A DNA stretch of 64,000 nucleotides from a virus, in the IMG/VR virus record IMGVR_UViG_3300022538_000472, positions 35,139-99,138 of that record. One strand, written 5' to 3'. The notes below the pieces were generated by a model. The model did not search any database, had not been told where the DNA came from, and saw nothing but the letters and a program-made list of their open reading frames with translations. The translations under genes were made by a program, and so were the position numbers. Shown here piece by piece: positions 43,672 through 53,581 of the stretch; position 1 is the stretch's first letter, and every line of letters starts with the position of its first letter.

Positions 43672-46600
43672 TCATAATTCAATCGATGGATCAAAGGTGC
43701 TACCGCAGTTCCCGCAGACACAGAGACCCTTGTGGTCGCGATACTGTTTCGCGCCATGCTCGTTGCAAACTGGGCAGGGGAAGGCGACTATCCCAAAGGT
43801 GTGTTGTGCTTGCTTTGATTCTACAGTGGCGGCGTCAATGTCCTCATCGGAGATGGGAACTTCATCCTTGGTAAATGGTTTCAATGGCTCCCCCCTTGGC
43901 TCAACCTTCTGCTTCTCTCCACGTCCCAAGAGTGCACCCATCGCACCCTGAACCATTGCCTTGACTCTCCCGCTCAGGCCATGCTCAATAGTCTCACTCT
44001 CACCACTGGATTCTGGCACTCTACTGATTGCCTTCTCCTCTGGCTCAGGCGCTTCCCCCCCAGGCCCCACCTTACTCTGTGGCCTCGTCTCCGTCCACGC
44101 ACCACCGCCGACCTTATCCACCAGATCCCTGGCATCTTCGTCGTAGCTGACAGCATCTGCATCTTTGTCAGTGGCAGATTTCCGCTTATCAGCAGCGCGC
44201 TCCAACTTCTTGCTGGCTTGCTCGCGTTTTGCTTCAGCTTGCTCTCGCTTCTTTTCAGCGCGTTCACGAGCCTTGGTAGCATTTGCTTCTGCCTTCTCAA
44301 TGTCCACTGAATCAGCACCAGCGGCCACCAGCTCGGCTACCTCAGCATCGAATCCATCAGCCTCAGTGTCGAACTCATCTGCCTCTGTCTCATAGCCATC
44401 AGCCTTCGTCTCATAAGCATCCGCATCGGCGTCCAACTTCTCAGCATCGGCGCGATAGTCGGCAGCCTTATCCCGTGCATCGCTGGCCTTTTCCCGCGTA
44501 ACTTCCGCCTTGTCCAATGTACCGACAACCCTCTCCCGCGCCTGGCTCATCTCATCCAGCACTCTGCGAGTATCACCGCTATCAGCGGCGCTCATCACTG
44601 CCCTACCATCTGTGGTCAGTCGCGGGTTCCCTTCAGGATCCAACTCTACCAGGCCAGAAGCCGCCAGCCTCTGCGCTGACGCGGCGTCAAGACTCGCGCC
44701 ATCCCTGAATGTCATCAACCCATTGAAGTCCTCTTCCCTAACTCCCCTTGAACCAAGCGCCTGCGCTGCCTCGCTGTGGTTGCTCTCTAATTCCAGCATC
44801 CGCTCAATGTCCCGTGTCGCTGCTTCCGTCTCGCGTTGTAGTTCACGCTCCTGCTTCTCGCGTTCGCGCGCGGCTTCCTTCTCCAGTCGCTTGCGTTCAC
44901 GCTCGGCCTCTCGTTCGCGCTTCTTGGCAGCACTGACTGCCTGCTTGGCCTGACGGTCGCGTTCCTTTCCCTCAGCACGGGTCTTCTTCTCAGCATCCTT
45001 GTCAATGGCGGCTCGTGCTTTGTCCACGTCACCGCTATTGCCTGCCGAGAGCATAGAGCGACCGAGCGTGGTCATGATCGGCTGGCCATCCATTCCTAAC
45101 TTGACAAACCCACGTCCAACGAGGTCACTCACATCACCTGCATCCCCACCAGACCTCAACACAGTCAACGCATCCAGTGACCCTGGAGGCATTCCAAGTG
45201 CCTCGGCCACTGCCGCAGTGTTGGCCGCCTTCGCCGCCGCTGCTGCGCTAGGTTTACTCTCTGCTGCTTCTCCCGCGCGTGCACGACGCGCCAGCATCCC
45301 TGCTCTTAATTGCTCCTTGAGTTGCGCGACGTTGACGAACCTGCCACCAGCACCGCGTGCTAGTTCTCCGGTGATGACCTCGCCAACCGGCACACTGAAG
45401 TCAAAGCCCGACGCGAAGCCTTTCTCTCCCTCGGCTACTTCCTCTTCTCCCTCCTGTACCTCGGCAGTGACTTCGGCCTGCATCTCCTGCTCAGTCTCAC
45501 GTTGAGCTTCTGGCGCATAAATGGTCTTCAGCTTACCCAACGCCGCCAGTGCTTCACGTGCTTTCTGTCGTTCACCCGCAGTGCGTCCACTGCCAATGAT
45601 GTTTTGCGCATTGAGCGCGGCGAGGTCAACTTCCTCCAGTATGATGAAGGGGTCATTGGCGTGCAACGCCAGCGGCTCCCTGACTCCCAGGTCAAGCAAG
45701 CGCAGGTAGATGTCATCTACGCTGGTAAACAGCGAGAGTACATCTGAGCCATCCGGCAGCCGCCCATCATCCAGTTCCAGTTGATTGAACTGAGACTGAG
45801 ATAAGTCACCGGACTCCAATGCTTGCTCACGCGCCACGCGTGAGTTGATGACGCCGTCTGCCAGTGACTTGCTGCGAGCCTCAGTTCGCACCTTGCTGAT
45901 GTCAGCCTTCATGCGATCCTGCTCATCGTCCTGGAAGTCAAACACTAACTTAAGATGAGGCGGCAGGAACTTGCCAGCCGAATGCCGGGAGCCTCGTGGA
46001 TCACCGCCGAGCAGCATCGTGATGATGCTCAGCACCTTGCCAATGCCACCGCCCAAGCCCGCAATGTGTTGATACATCGCATCGGCCTTGGTTGCGCCCG
46101 AAGTTGCAGCCGGCCATATCCACCTAATCGGAACCCCAAACGCCAGCGCAATAGCGAACATCCCCAGACGCGTGGAGGTCTCCTCATCAAACCCATCAGG
46201 TAAACCAGAGAGACTAAGCAGAGACAGGTCAGCGTCAGTTGCGATGTCACCAATGATGGGGAGTTTGGCGAGACGCGCAAGACCCTGGTTGTCCATGATC
46301 TCATCAGCTACCTCTAAGGAACCGGTCACTACGCTGGTGTGGATGCCTTTGCCAAGCAGTATCCCACGCACAGGTCGGGAGCCCAGCTTTTCTTGCTTGA
46401 AAATCGAGATGTCCTGGAGGTTCTGGCTGACATTGATTGCTCTCGACAAAGCGCAGAACCCTACACCCCTCATCTCCACCCGCGACGACGGCATGTCAGA
46501 CGCAAACGCTACACGAGTTCGGTGCAGTTTGGAGGGTTTGCCACTGGTGTCGCGGTAGAGTACCGGAAACTCAATGTCGCCAGTCCTAACACAATGGAAC

Positions 46601-48249
46601 GAGTCGAGGCACGAGAGACCTTGCGCTGGTCCAACTATAGGGCCATCCTGCTTGCCCTCGCCGATGACCTCCCAGAATCCACCGTTGTCGCTGCAATTAT
46701 GAACAACAGTCTGAGCGGCAACAAATGTTTCTGTTCCCTCAACAGATAGATTGTAAGTCGTCTCTGCGGGTCTCTTGTCGTAGTAAGAACTCCCAGTCCT
46801 GAAATCACGCTGCTTGCTAACTGCAACCCGATCCCAGTACACTCTCGCTGACCCCAACTCCCAAAACCCAAGGTCATAATCCGGTGCATCCTCAGTGACT
46901 TTATAACGCATAGATGGAGGAACAAAAGAACCAATCAGTTCCATCAACTTACGGGAACCTTCAGCCCCAATTGCTATCACAGGATAGGACTTTCCTCCAT
47001 CCCTGGGACGGCGGTTGATTCGCATCTTGCTTGGAATCTCCTGAGATGTAAGCAGATCGGCCAACCATTGAACATCAGACTCTGAAAAACTGTTCGTGTA
47101 AAGCGTAACTTGAGGAATCAAATTGCCGGTTGTAGTTTCAACTTGATGTAGACTTCCATCATCAAGATACCAGGCTGCTAGCATGAGAGATGAGAAATTT
47201 TCCTTCACCAGGTCACGAGGCACTATCTTCTTGCCATCAGGGTAAAATGCCTCATGCCAACTATTCAAGCCAAGTGAAGCGCGAGAGTTTATTCCAATAA
47301 CTTCACTTTCGTTCAATCCAATCTTGGACACTCTATGATTCCGCCCTGTCCAGTGAAAACCTTGGAGCGCCAAGAGTTTCAGGTCTAACCATTTTTCCTG
47401 CTTCACACTATGCCCAAACCTAAGCATTGCCCGCTTGCGCACAAAGGACATGCTCGCATCACCTAATAATGTACCCACCAAGAGTTGGGACTGCAACTCA
47501 TTGGGAACAGGATCACCAGTTGCCACCATCATATCTGACTCAACTTCCCGTGCGGGTAGCCAACCGTTCTCAGTGAGAATAGGATGATCCTCTGTTACAA
47601 AGATTCCCCCTCTTTGGTCCCGACTATGAAAGGATGCTTCCTCAAGTGAAAGCCACCACCACCTGCGATTGCCAAGAGGATTCTTGAACCATTCAGTGAC
47701 TTGACGTTCTACGAGATAACCTTCTTTGGTCACCGAAAGTACAGGGCCAGTATCTTTATCCTTGACCATCTTCGCAATGGCCTTAGTCTGCCCTCTTCGC
47801 TCTCCCCCCAAATGAATCCTGGTGGGACCTGCAAGACACCAGTAATCTGCAAGCCATTTGCAGATGGTATCTGTCCACGCTTGACCAAACTCTGATTCCT
47901 CAGTTAGCCTGATAGTGAAGTCCTCAGCCTGACGCAAGTGGGCTTTGACAGTGGAGTCACGAGGGAGCACTCGGAGGGGAACTGTGGCAACCCGTGCAGC
48001 GAGCAATGCCAGCGCGCCAGAGAGGTGATCAGACTTCTTCCAGAAGGCATCCAGGTCGGCATCGCGACGCGGCGACCACCAGGGAGCGATAAGTTGTCCG
48101 GCCTGGGTGAGATAGGTCAGTAACCCACCCGAACCCCAACTGCCCTCCTGGGTTGCGCGGGCTTGCACACTGAGTTCACGTGCCGTCTTGACGCTTTTCT
48201 GGTCGGATGTGCTTTTGGGGGAGCGGGTTCGTTTGCGGGTTCGGGCCAT
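43672..48249 (-). CDS. Portal protein with intein and long C-terminal extension
   Basis: Downstream of the terminase. Portal-like core flanks an intein. The ~600-aa tail has coiled coils, acidic heptads and a terminal CxxC...CxxC ribbon. Confidence 0.8.
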   Translation of the reverse strand: MARTRKRTRSPKSTSDQKSVKTARELSVQARATQEGSWGSGGLLTYLTQAGQLIAPWWSPRRDADLDAFWKKSDHLSGALALLAARVATVPLRVLPRDSTVKAHLRQAEDFTIRLTEESEFGQAWTDTICKWLADYWCLAGPTRIHLGGERRGQTKAIAKMVKDKDTGPVLSVTKEGYLVERQVTEWFKNPLGNRRWWWLSLEEASFHSRDQRGGIFVTEDHPILTENGWLPAREVESDMMVATGDPVPNELQSQLLVGTLLGDASMSFVRKRAMLRFGHSVKQEKWLDLKLLALQGFHWTGRNHRVSKIGLNESEVIGINSRASLGLNSWHEAFYPDGKKIVPRDLVKENFSSLMLAAWYLDDGSLHQVETTTGNLIPQVTLYTNSFSESDVQWLADLLTSQEIPSKMRINRRPRDGGKSYPVIAIGAEGSRKLMELIGSFVPPSMRYKVTEDAPDYDLGFWELGSARVYWDRVAVSKQRDFRTGSSYYDKRPAETTYNLSVEGTETFVAAQTVVHNCSDNGGFWEVIGEGKQDGPIVGPAQGLSCLDSFHCVRTGDIEFPVLYRDTSGKPSKLHRTRVAFASDMPSSRVEMRGVGFCALSRAINVSQNLQDISIFKQEKLGSRPVRGILLGKGIHTSVVTGSLEVADEIMDNQGLARLAKLPIIGDIATDADLSLLSLSGLPDGFDEETSTRLGMFAIALAFGVPIRWIWPAATSGATKADAMYQHIAGLGGGIGKVLSIITMLLGGDPRGSRHSAGKFLPPHLKLVFDFQDDEQDRMKADISKVRTEARSKSLADGVINSRVAREQALESGDLSQSQFNQLELDDGRLPDGSDVLSLFTSVDDIYLRLLDLGVREPLALHANDPFIILEEVDLAALNAQNIIGSGRTAGERQKAREALAALGKLKTIYAPEAQRETEQEMQAEVTAEVQEGEEEVAEGEKGFASGFDFSVPVGEVITGELARGAGGRFVNVAQLKEQLRAGMLARRARAGEAAESKPSAAAAAKAANTAAVAEALGMPPGSLDALTVLRSGGDAGDVSDLVGRGFVKLGMDGQPIMTTLGRSMLSAGNSGDVDKARAAIDKDAEKKTRAEGKERDRQAKQAVSAAKKREREAERERKRLEKEAAREREKQERELQRETEAATRDIERMLELESNHSEAAQALGSRGVREEDFNGLMTFRDGASLDAASAQRLAASGLVELDPEGNPRLTTDGRAVMSAADSGDTRRVLDEMSQARERVVGTLDKAEVTREKASDARDKAADYRADAEKLDADADAYETKADGYETEADEFDTEADGFDAEVAELVAAGADSVDIEKAEANATKARERAEKKREQAEAKREQASKKLERAADKRKSATDKDADAVSYDEDARDLVDKVGGGAWTETRPQSKVGPGGEAPEPEEKAISRVPESSGESETIEHGLSGRVKAMVQGAMGALLGRGEKQKVEPRGEPLKPFTKDEVPISDEDIDAATVESKQAQHTFGIVAFPCPVCNEHGAKQYRDHKGLCVCGNCGSTFDPSIEL
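46696..47838 (-). mobile_element. Intein (381 aa) with LAGLIDADG endonuclease
   Basis: Junctions DYW|CLAGPT and VVHN|CSD, block B VTEDHPI, block F TYNLSVEGTETF, and endonuclease motifs GTLLGDAS and AWYLDDG. Confidence 0.92.
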
Positions 48250-48252
48250 AGT

Positions 48253-48450
48253 TTAGTCCTGGTTACTAAGCACCTGCTTATACTTTGGACAAGCAATAGG
48301 TTCCTTTGTCCAATCATCATCGCCCCAGATGTGCGCTGAGATTTTGGACATCCCACAGTTTACACACCAGGGAAGCTCTACACTTTTAACCCAGTCATGT
48401 GTCCGGTCAGCCTGTCTCAGAGAATGAGTTTGCCTACAAATTCGTGGCAT
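48253..48450 (-). CDS. Small Zn-finger-like protein
   Basis: CxxC and CPK motifs; start uncertain. Confidence 0.4.
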   Translation of the reverse strand: MPRICRQTHSLRQADRTHDWVKSVELPWCVNCGMSKISAHIWGDDDWTKEPIACPKYKQVLSNQD

Positions 48451-48453
48451 AGG

Positions 48454-48705
48454 CTAGTCCAAGGTGGAGGTAGTAGGATCTGTTGGGCGCATCTCACCTT
48501 TCGGCATCGTCATAATAGACATCATCACCACTATGCAACCGAACATCGGCATGGCGGCTGGCCAGATGCCCGCCCAGCGGATGCATGTGCCAGGAAGTAC
48601 CTCTTCTGGATGGGTATCCAAGAGGCGATACATACCGAGAAAGCCCAGACAATATATGACTATTCCACCAACTATCGCTATTCCCAGATTATCAACCACC
48701 GTCAA
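48454..48705 (-). CDS. Small membrane protein
   Basis: Two hydrophobic segments. Confidence 0.45.
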   Translation of the reverse strand: MTVVDNLGIAIVGGIVIYCLGFLGMYRLLDTHPEEVLPGTCIRWAGIWPAAMPMFGCIVVMMSIMTMPKGEMRPTDPTTSTLD

Positions 48706-48907
48706 TTTCCATGATTGTCGTTTCGGTCACCTCTTCCGCAGTATCAACGTTGACCGCTACGTCATGTCCGCTGAACTGACAGTCAGTCACCACCACTTGT
48801 GTGGCAATTTTCAATGCATCAGCCAGTTTGTTGATTGCTTGCGCAAGTTCCGTGATTGCGCGTAGTCGTTTCTCGGTTTGCACTGTGACTTGGATTTTGC
48901 CCGTCAT
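48692..48907 (-). CDS. Hypothetical protein
   Basis: GGGAG RBS, 71 aa. Confidence 0.55.
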   Translation of the reverse strand: MTGKIQVTVQTEKRLRAITELAQAINKLADALKIATQVVVTDCQFSGHDVAVNVDTAEEVTETTIMEIDGG

Positions 48908-48961
48908 TTTGCTCTCCCTATTTTGTCATCGGACGGATTTTCGGACGCTTCACCAAGTTTC

Positions 48962-49405
48962 TCAACAGGAAATCTCCTCACTCCGTTTATCCCAGAAGGC
49001 ATAGCCGCCATCACCGACGGGAAAGATATCATCAGCAGAAACAAGTAACGCATCTTCCGTCGTCGTGGTGGGGTCTATCGGGTGCATCCTTTGGCGCAGC
49101 GCCAGTTGGGTCTTGTGGCGTGCATGACATACCTGAGACCCGATGAAGACCATAGCGAAGAACACCCAGAAGTTCAACCTATCGCTCGTCACAATGTAGA
49201 CTGCCAGAGAGACAATAGCAGATAGTGCTACAGCTAGATACCGCGTGACTTCTGGCGGTTCTAAGCCAAAGTAACCAAGCCAAGCAGCAAGTCTATCTCG
49301 TAGTCGCTGGCCTACTGCTGACTCGATGAACCACCAATTGGCAGCAACGGCAGCGCCGCCAATGATGCCCAAGAACAATGCTCTGAGCAGTCCGCTTTCA
49401 ATCAT
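48962..49405 (-). CDS. Membrane protein (three TM)
   Basis: Three hydrophobic helices with a GGAGG RBS. Confidence 0.55.
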   Translation of the reverse strand: MIESGLLRALFLGIIGGAAVAANWWFIESAVGQRLRDRLAAWLGYFGLEPPEVTRYLAVALSAIVSLAVYIVTSDRLNFWVFFAMVFIGSQVCHARHKTQLALRQRMHPIDPTTTTEDALLVSADDIFPVGDGGYAFWDKRSEEISC

Positions 49406-49417
49406 TGCCCTGCCTCC

Positions 49418-49699
49418 TCAAACCCTTCCTCGCCGCCACCACGCCAATATCCCAGCGCAAGGCTGCCGTGGCCATTTCAGTGCTGTCACTAGCCATCTTG
49501 GAGGCCACCGGGGATTAGTGAATCCCGCAATTGTATGCTGGCATCCTGGGCAGACGGGGTCAAATTGTAGCCAGCCTTTCTTCTTGATGACTCCACCAAA
49601 TTCTATCAGGCAAGTGGGGCAGGTCAATGCCCAGCGATAGTGCTGGCTATCTACTGACCCTAATGACCCTAACCTAGATGCCATCAAACACTCCTTCAC
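49418..49699 (-). CDS. Small Zn-ribbon protein
   Basis: CPTC...CPGC motif. Confidence 0.45.
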   Translation of the reverse strand: MKECLMASRLGSLGSVDSQHYRWALTCPTCLIEFGGVIKKKGWLQFDPVCPGCQHTIAGFTNPRWPPRWLVTALKWPRQPCAGILAWWRRGRV

Positions 49700-49743
49700 T
49701 CAATGCAATGATAGCTATCTGCTTCTTCAAGCGTCATTGATAT

Positions 49744-50001
49744 TCATCCCAAAACCAAGCGCAACAGCCACTCAATCACTGCTATCAGTGCAGGAACGTC
49801 CTCGCGAGCATGTGCTGTGAACTCCGCATCGGCCTCCTCAAAGACCCCATAGTCCTGACCACGAGCAACTGGAGTGACTTCCCAGAGGTCATCATACGGC
49901 TGGCTTGTCCAAGGCGGAGGAGTCGCAGCATTGCATCGGCTCTTAGCAGCATTGCATCGGTCTCTAATTGCATCAAGGTCAGCCTTACTCATCTTACCCA
50001 T
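49744..50001 (-). CDS. Hypothetical phage protein
   Basis: AATPPPW...DAEFTAHAREDVPALI pattern common in small phage ORFs. AGGAG RBS. Confidence 0.6.
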   Translation of the reverse strand: MGKMSKADLDAIRDRCNAAKSRCNAATPPPWTSQPYDDLWEVTPVARGQDYGVFEEADAEFTAHAREDVPALIAVIEWLLRLVLG

Positions 50002-50021
50002 TGGCTATCTCCTCATTGTAA

Positions 50022-50393
50022 CTACGCCGACGCTACTGCTGGCCATTCTCGAATTGCCCCATAGGTACATTCAAATTCAGGCGTTGGGATTGTTACCTCA
50101 CCAGTAGCTCGATTCTTTAGCAGCACAAGCGGCGTACCTTTAACAATACGAAAGCAACTGAACGTTATCAACTTCCCCAATTGGCGCTCATCAAAGAACA
50201 TCCGAGGGTCATCTGATTCCTGGAAGACAAGATGAAGCGTCTGGGGAGAAGCCAAGTTCAAATCCCTTGGCAGGTGCCCAGTCAAGGTGAACTTTCCCTG
50301 CTGCCATTCGTCCAGAGTGATGCCCTCTAGTAAGCACGGCTGTCCAGCCCGCTCGACAAATATCCTCTGGTGCATGGCTCTCACCGGTTGCAT
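50022..50393 (-). CDS. Hypothetical protein
   Basis: 123 aa directly after the terminase, GAGGAG RBS. Confidence 0.55.
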   Translation of the reverse strand: MQPVRAMHQRIFVERAGQPCLLEGITLDEWQQGKFTLTGHLPRDLNLASPQTLHLVFQESDDPRMFFDERQLGKLITFSCFRIVKGTPLVLLKNRATGEVTIPTPEFECTYGAIREWPAVASA

Positions 50394-50394
50394 C

Positions 50395-52116
50395 TCATCT
50401 CCTCATCATTACTACACCAACGCTGCCCCCCGCCATCAGCGACCCACTCGCCGCCACGTTCTCGTAGTTCTCAGCGTGCGCATAGTGGTCAGCGCCAGTC
50501 TCGACGTACCGCGCCACACTCTCGCCACTACGAGGTCTCTCCACTACTCGCACTGATGCCTGCATCTGCTTATAATACTCTGATACCGTCTTTATGTCAA
50601 GCGGAAGCGTGCGAGTGCTGGCATAGACTTGGGCAAACATTTCATCCAGGGTGCGCGTCCGGTCGAGGTTCACTACGCCTTCACTAATGTTAGGTTCAAT
50701 TGGTTTGAGCTTCTTGGAGCCGGTGCGCTGGGTAGAGTAGTAGGCCAGCCAGACCACGCCAAGGGGGAAGGCTGATTGCAGTTCACGCGCCTTGCGAGTT
50801 TCGGGCAGAGCGTCGATGACGCACGTCTTGACTTTGAACTTGGTGAGGACTGTAGCCAGTTCATCGAAGGTTGCAACGCCAGCAGCGTAGCGTAGTGGCC
50901 GTTCGCCAGACTCAGTATCGGCTGGGCCTCGGATGATCACATTGAGCACTGAGCCAACGTCCACGCCAGCGGTTGTGAGTTCGTCCGACTTGGGGCCTAG
51001 TCCGTAGTCTCTAATGCAGGCATCAAGTACTTCACTAGTCAACTTGCCACCGCGTGGGATGTAGGGCAATCCCAGGTCCTGATTGAATGCCTCCTTGCGA
51101 ACCGTCTCATCCACGGTACTCAGCGCCTCAACGATGGCCAGCAGATCAACCACTGGAGAGAACAGCCGCGTGAGGTGAAAGCCAATCACCTTAACGCCTA
51201 GTCTGGCTGCAACCCACTCGCCCTGCGCCAGGTGATTTAACTCCCTGCCACACTTTCGACATGCAGTCCATGCGCGGTTCTCTTGCCGGCCATGCCAAGC
51301 AGCGGGTCGCTCCAGTTCATCCCACTCGGTCACTATCGAATCAATAGTGAGCGGCTGCCGCTCGCCACAGCGCCAGCATCGGACGTGCCATTCGCGCTGA
51401 TCACTGAGTTGCCAGGCGGCGTGAATGCCAAGGTCGTGGTAGGTGGGAGTGGAGACTAAGCGCACCTCGGCAATCCTGGAAGCGCCGAGCCTCTTCTCTG
51501 CAATGGTAGGAGCACGGCGGTCCATTTCGTCCACTTCGTCGAGGATGAGAACATCGGCATCCACGGCCTTGAGTTGAGGTGCACTGCCATCGGGTGCGAC
51601 CTTGCCACCGCGCAGATAGAGAAAGCGATTGCGAACTCGCTTGAGAGTGGTTCGGTCAGCGCCTTTGCCGTGGGCGGGGACTACGATGGAGGTGAGATAG
51701 TCAGAGGCAGCGATAGCAGGCCCAATGCGGCCAGCAGAGAAGTCACGAAGGTGAACGTCAGTGGGGAATACATAGAGGACGGTGGCTTGGCGTTGGTCGG
51801 CGGCGTGGAAGGCGTAGGAGATGAGATACTCAGAAGCGCCCATTTGGCTGGCTTTGTAGATGACCAGGCGCTTGGCGTTGGCGGTGTAGATGTCGGTGAG
51901 GTAGGAATGCGCGGTGAAGTCGACTGGCTTGTCGGGGCCAAGTAGAGGGCGCTTGGATTGTGTCCAGGCCAGGAGTGATAATTGGTTAGGTCGTTCCCTC
52001 AGCCGTCTTTTGGCTTCCTGCCACACTTCCGACATCAGGCTGTCCATTGCCTGTGGCGACAGCGACAGTTTCGACGGCCTCTTGGACGAGTCTTTCAAAA
52101 GCGGCTGCAGGGTCAA
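50395..52116 (-). CDS. terL: Terminase large subunit (lambda GpA family)
   Basis: YKASQMGASE (Walker A variant), ILDEVD (Walker B), STPT, CWRCG Zn knuckle, and nuclease AGVDVG...VIDALPE...DHYAHA. Alternative start at 52047. Confidence 0.93.
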   Translation of the reverse strand: MTLQPLLKDSSKRPSKLSLSPQAMDSLMSEVWQEAKRRLRERPNQLSLLAWTQSKRPLLGPDKPVDFTAHSYLTDIYTANAKRLVIYKASQMGASEYLISYAFHAADQRQATVLYVFPTDVHLRDFSAGRIGPAIAASDYLTSIVVPAHGKGADRTTLKRVRNRFLYLRGGKVAPDGSAPQLKAVDADVLILDEVDEMDRRAPTIAEKRLGASRIAEVRLVSTPTYHDLGIHAAWQLSDQREWHVRCWRCGERQPLTIDSIVTEWDELERPAAWHGRQENRAWTACRKCGRELNHLAQGEWVAARLGVKVIGFHLTRLFSPVVDLLAIVEALSTVDETVRKEAFNQDLGLPYIPRGGKLTSEVLDACIRDYGLGPKSDELTTAGVDVGSVLNVIIRGPADTESGERPLRYAAGVATFDELATVLTKFKVKTCVIDALPETRKARELQSAFPLGVVWLAYYSTQRTGSKKLKPIEPNISEGVVNLDRTRTLDEMFAQVYASTRTLPLDIKTVSEYYKQMQASVRVVERPRSGESVARYVETGADHYAHAENYENVAASGSLMAGGSVGVVMMRR

Positions 52117-52576
52117 AGCCTGCCTCCCGTGTTTCCCTGCGCCAGTCTACAATGACATGGCGCTCAATGAACAGCCCAAAGTGCTTAGCAAGAGTCTCTA
52201 ACGCCCGCTGAGCGTCATAGAATTCAACCTGCTTGCCATACTTGGTTTCCTTGATGGACTTGACAAGGAACCCCTGACTATCAGCGAGCAGATTAGCAAA
52301 GTCAACAGTTGCATCTTCTTTGAGGTATCTACTGTAGTCACTGCGAGCAATGGCGGCCAGTCGAGCCAGGACTTCATTAGCAGTCATCGCTGACTCGTTG
52401 AGGCGTATCTTAACCAGAGCCTGAATCTTAGGATTTCTTACTAACTCATACCCCCGGACAGCAAGCGAGTTATCATCGCCTGCATAGCCTGCTCGTTCGG
52501 CTGCACGGGTGGCGTTGAAATCTTGGAGGTATTCCTCAACAAATCGCGCTTGTTTGCCAGTTAGTTGACTGCCCAT
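51986..52576 (-). CDS. terS: Terminase small subunit
   Basis: LTGKQARFVEEYLQDFNATRAAERAGY signature. Likely start is ATG 52576. Confidence 0.9.
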   Translation of the reverse strand: MGSQLTGKQARFVEEYLQDFNATRAAERAGYAGDDNSLAVRGYELVRNPKIQALVKIRLNESAMTANEVLARLAAIARSDYSRYLKEDATVDFANLLADSQGFLVKSIKETKYGKQVEFYDAQRALETLAKHFGLFIERHVIVDWRRETREAGFDPAAAFERLVQEAVETVAVATGNGQPDVGSVAGSQKTAEGTT

Positions 52577-52781
52577 TGGCTTGAGTTTGGTTGCCTGCGG
52601 AGTTTGGGCGGGGGGCTCCGCAGGCAACCCAGAGAAAAGGAGGAGCGCAAGAGATGCAGATGCGCCTCGCACCGCTCCTGGGTGCGGCTATTATGTTAAG
52701 TTAGACAGCCAAGTGAGATGAGGTCTCAGCAAGCCACTTGGTAACTGAGTAGCCCTCCCAGCTGCCTTGCACTTGGTACAG

Positions 52782-52871
52782 TAGCGGGGCCAGGAATCGA
52801 ACCTGGGTCTCCGGATTAGACCTGGTGTCTCTGGATTAGTGCCCGGCTTGACGCCACTCCACTACCCCGCA
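52782..52871 (-). tRNA. tRNA-like gene with duplicated anticodon arm (possible CTA anticodon; possibly a pseudogene)
   Basis: Acceptor GCGGGG/CCCCGC and T arm CCAGG-TTCGATT-CCTGG. The anticodon region has two imperfect ~20-nt copies (CCGGGCACTAATCCAGAGAC and CCAGGTCTAATCCGGAGAC). No CCA encoded at the canonical position. Confidence 0.55.
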
Positions 52872-53285
52872 TTATGTCGATGATTACGCTAAAATAGACA
52901 AGGACACTCAATACAATAACACGCGACAGCCAGCAGCAAAAGTGTGCCAAAGACAGCCACTGCAGCCACGAATTGCAAAAACCTGCGCCTTAACATTCTA
53001 TACTCCTCCTATTTCTCTAATCATGGTAACAGCATAGCAGAAATGCAGTCTCCAGAACAGCAGGACAAGGCCAGGTTCCCCTACTGGCTCCCTACTCTTC
53101 ATTTGTTGCGTCTCTCCCCTCAGGGGTGTCAGTTTTGGAGTACCGCGATCATCGTTTAGAAGTGATGCATCACCTCCGACTCGTCGGCCTCCTCCTGTTT
53201 GGTACTGGCCTCATAGCAGTTGCCAGTCCCCGCAACGCAAACAACCCTAGCGCTACCATGCCACTTATCCTACCGTCTTACAGAC

Positions 53286-53314
53286 AGTATAGCAGATTTG
53301 AGCGGGATTGTCAA
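53286..53314 (-). promoter_or_regulatory. Leftward sigma70 promoter
   Basis: TTGACA-17 nt (TGC)-TATACT. Confidence 0.8.
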
Positions 53315-53364
53315 GGGGGGATAAAAGGGGGAAAGGTTAGAAGGGAGTTAGAGCCAGACTGAGC

Positions 53365-53447
53365 AAAGCAAATGCCCTGGTTTTCACCAGGGCATAGGGG
53401 GCCGAGTAGTAGGCTACTCTGTGCCATCCACCAGCGTCTTTCGACGC
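53365..53447 (-). ncRNA. Candidate ~80-nt sRNA
   Basis: Starts just after a consensus promoter. Hairpins GCGTC-GAAA-GACGC and GAGTAG-CCTA-CTACTC, then terminator-like ATGCCCTGG/CCAGGGCAT followed by TTGCTTTG. Confidence 0.5.
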
Positions 53448-53453
53448 AACTAT

Positions 53454-53482
53454 ATTATACCAGAGTTTATCGAATCTGTCAA
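53454..53482 (-). promoter_or_regulatory. Leftward sigma70 promoter
   Basis: TTGACA-17 nt (TGG)-TATAAT. Confidence 0.85.
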
Positions 53483-53581
53483 GAAAAGACAGTGGTAGAA
53501 AAAACTAGGGACGCGCGGGTGTGGGGCCGGTCTGACCCTGGTACTTGCCATGGTAGGTTGACTCAGGGGGAGCCTCTAGAC

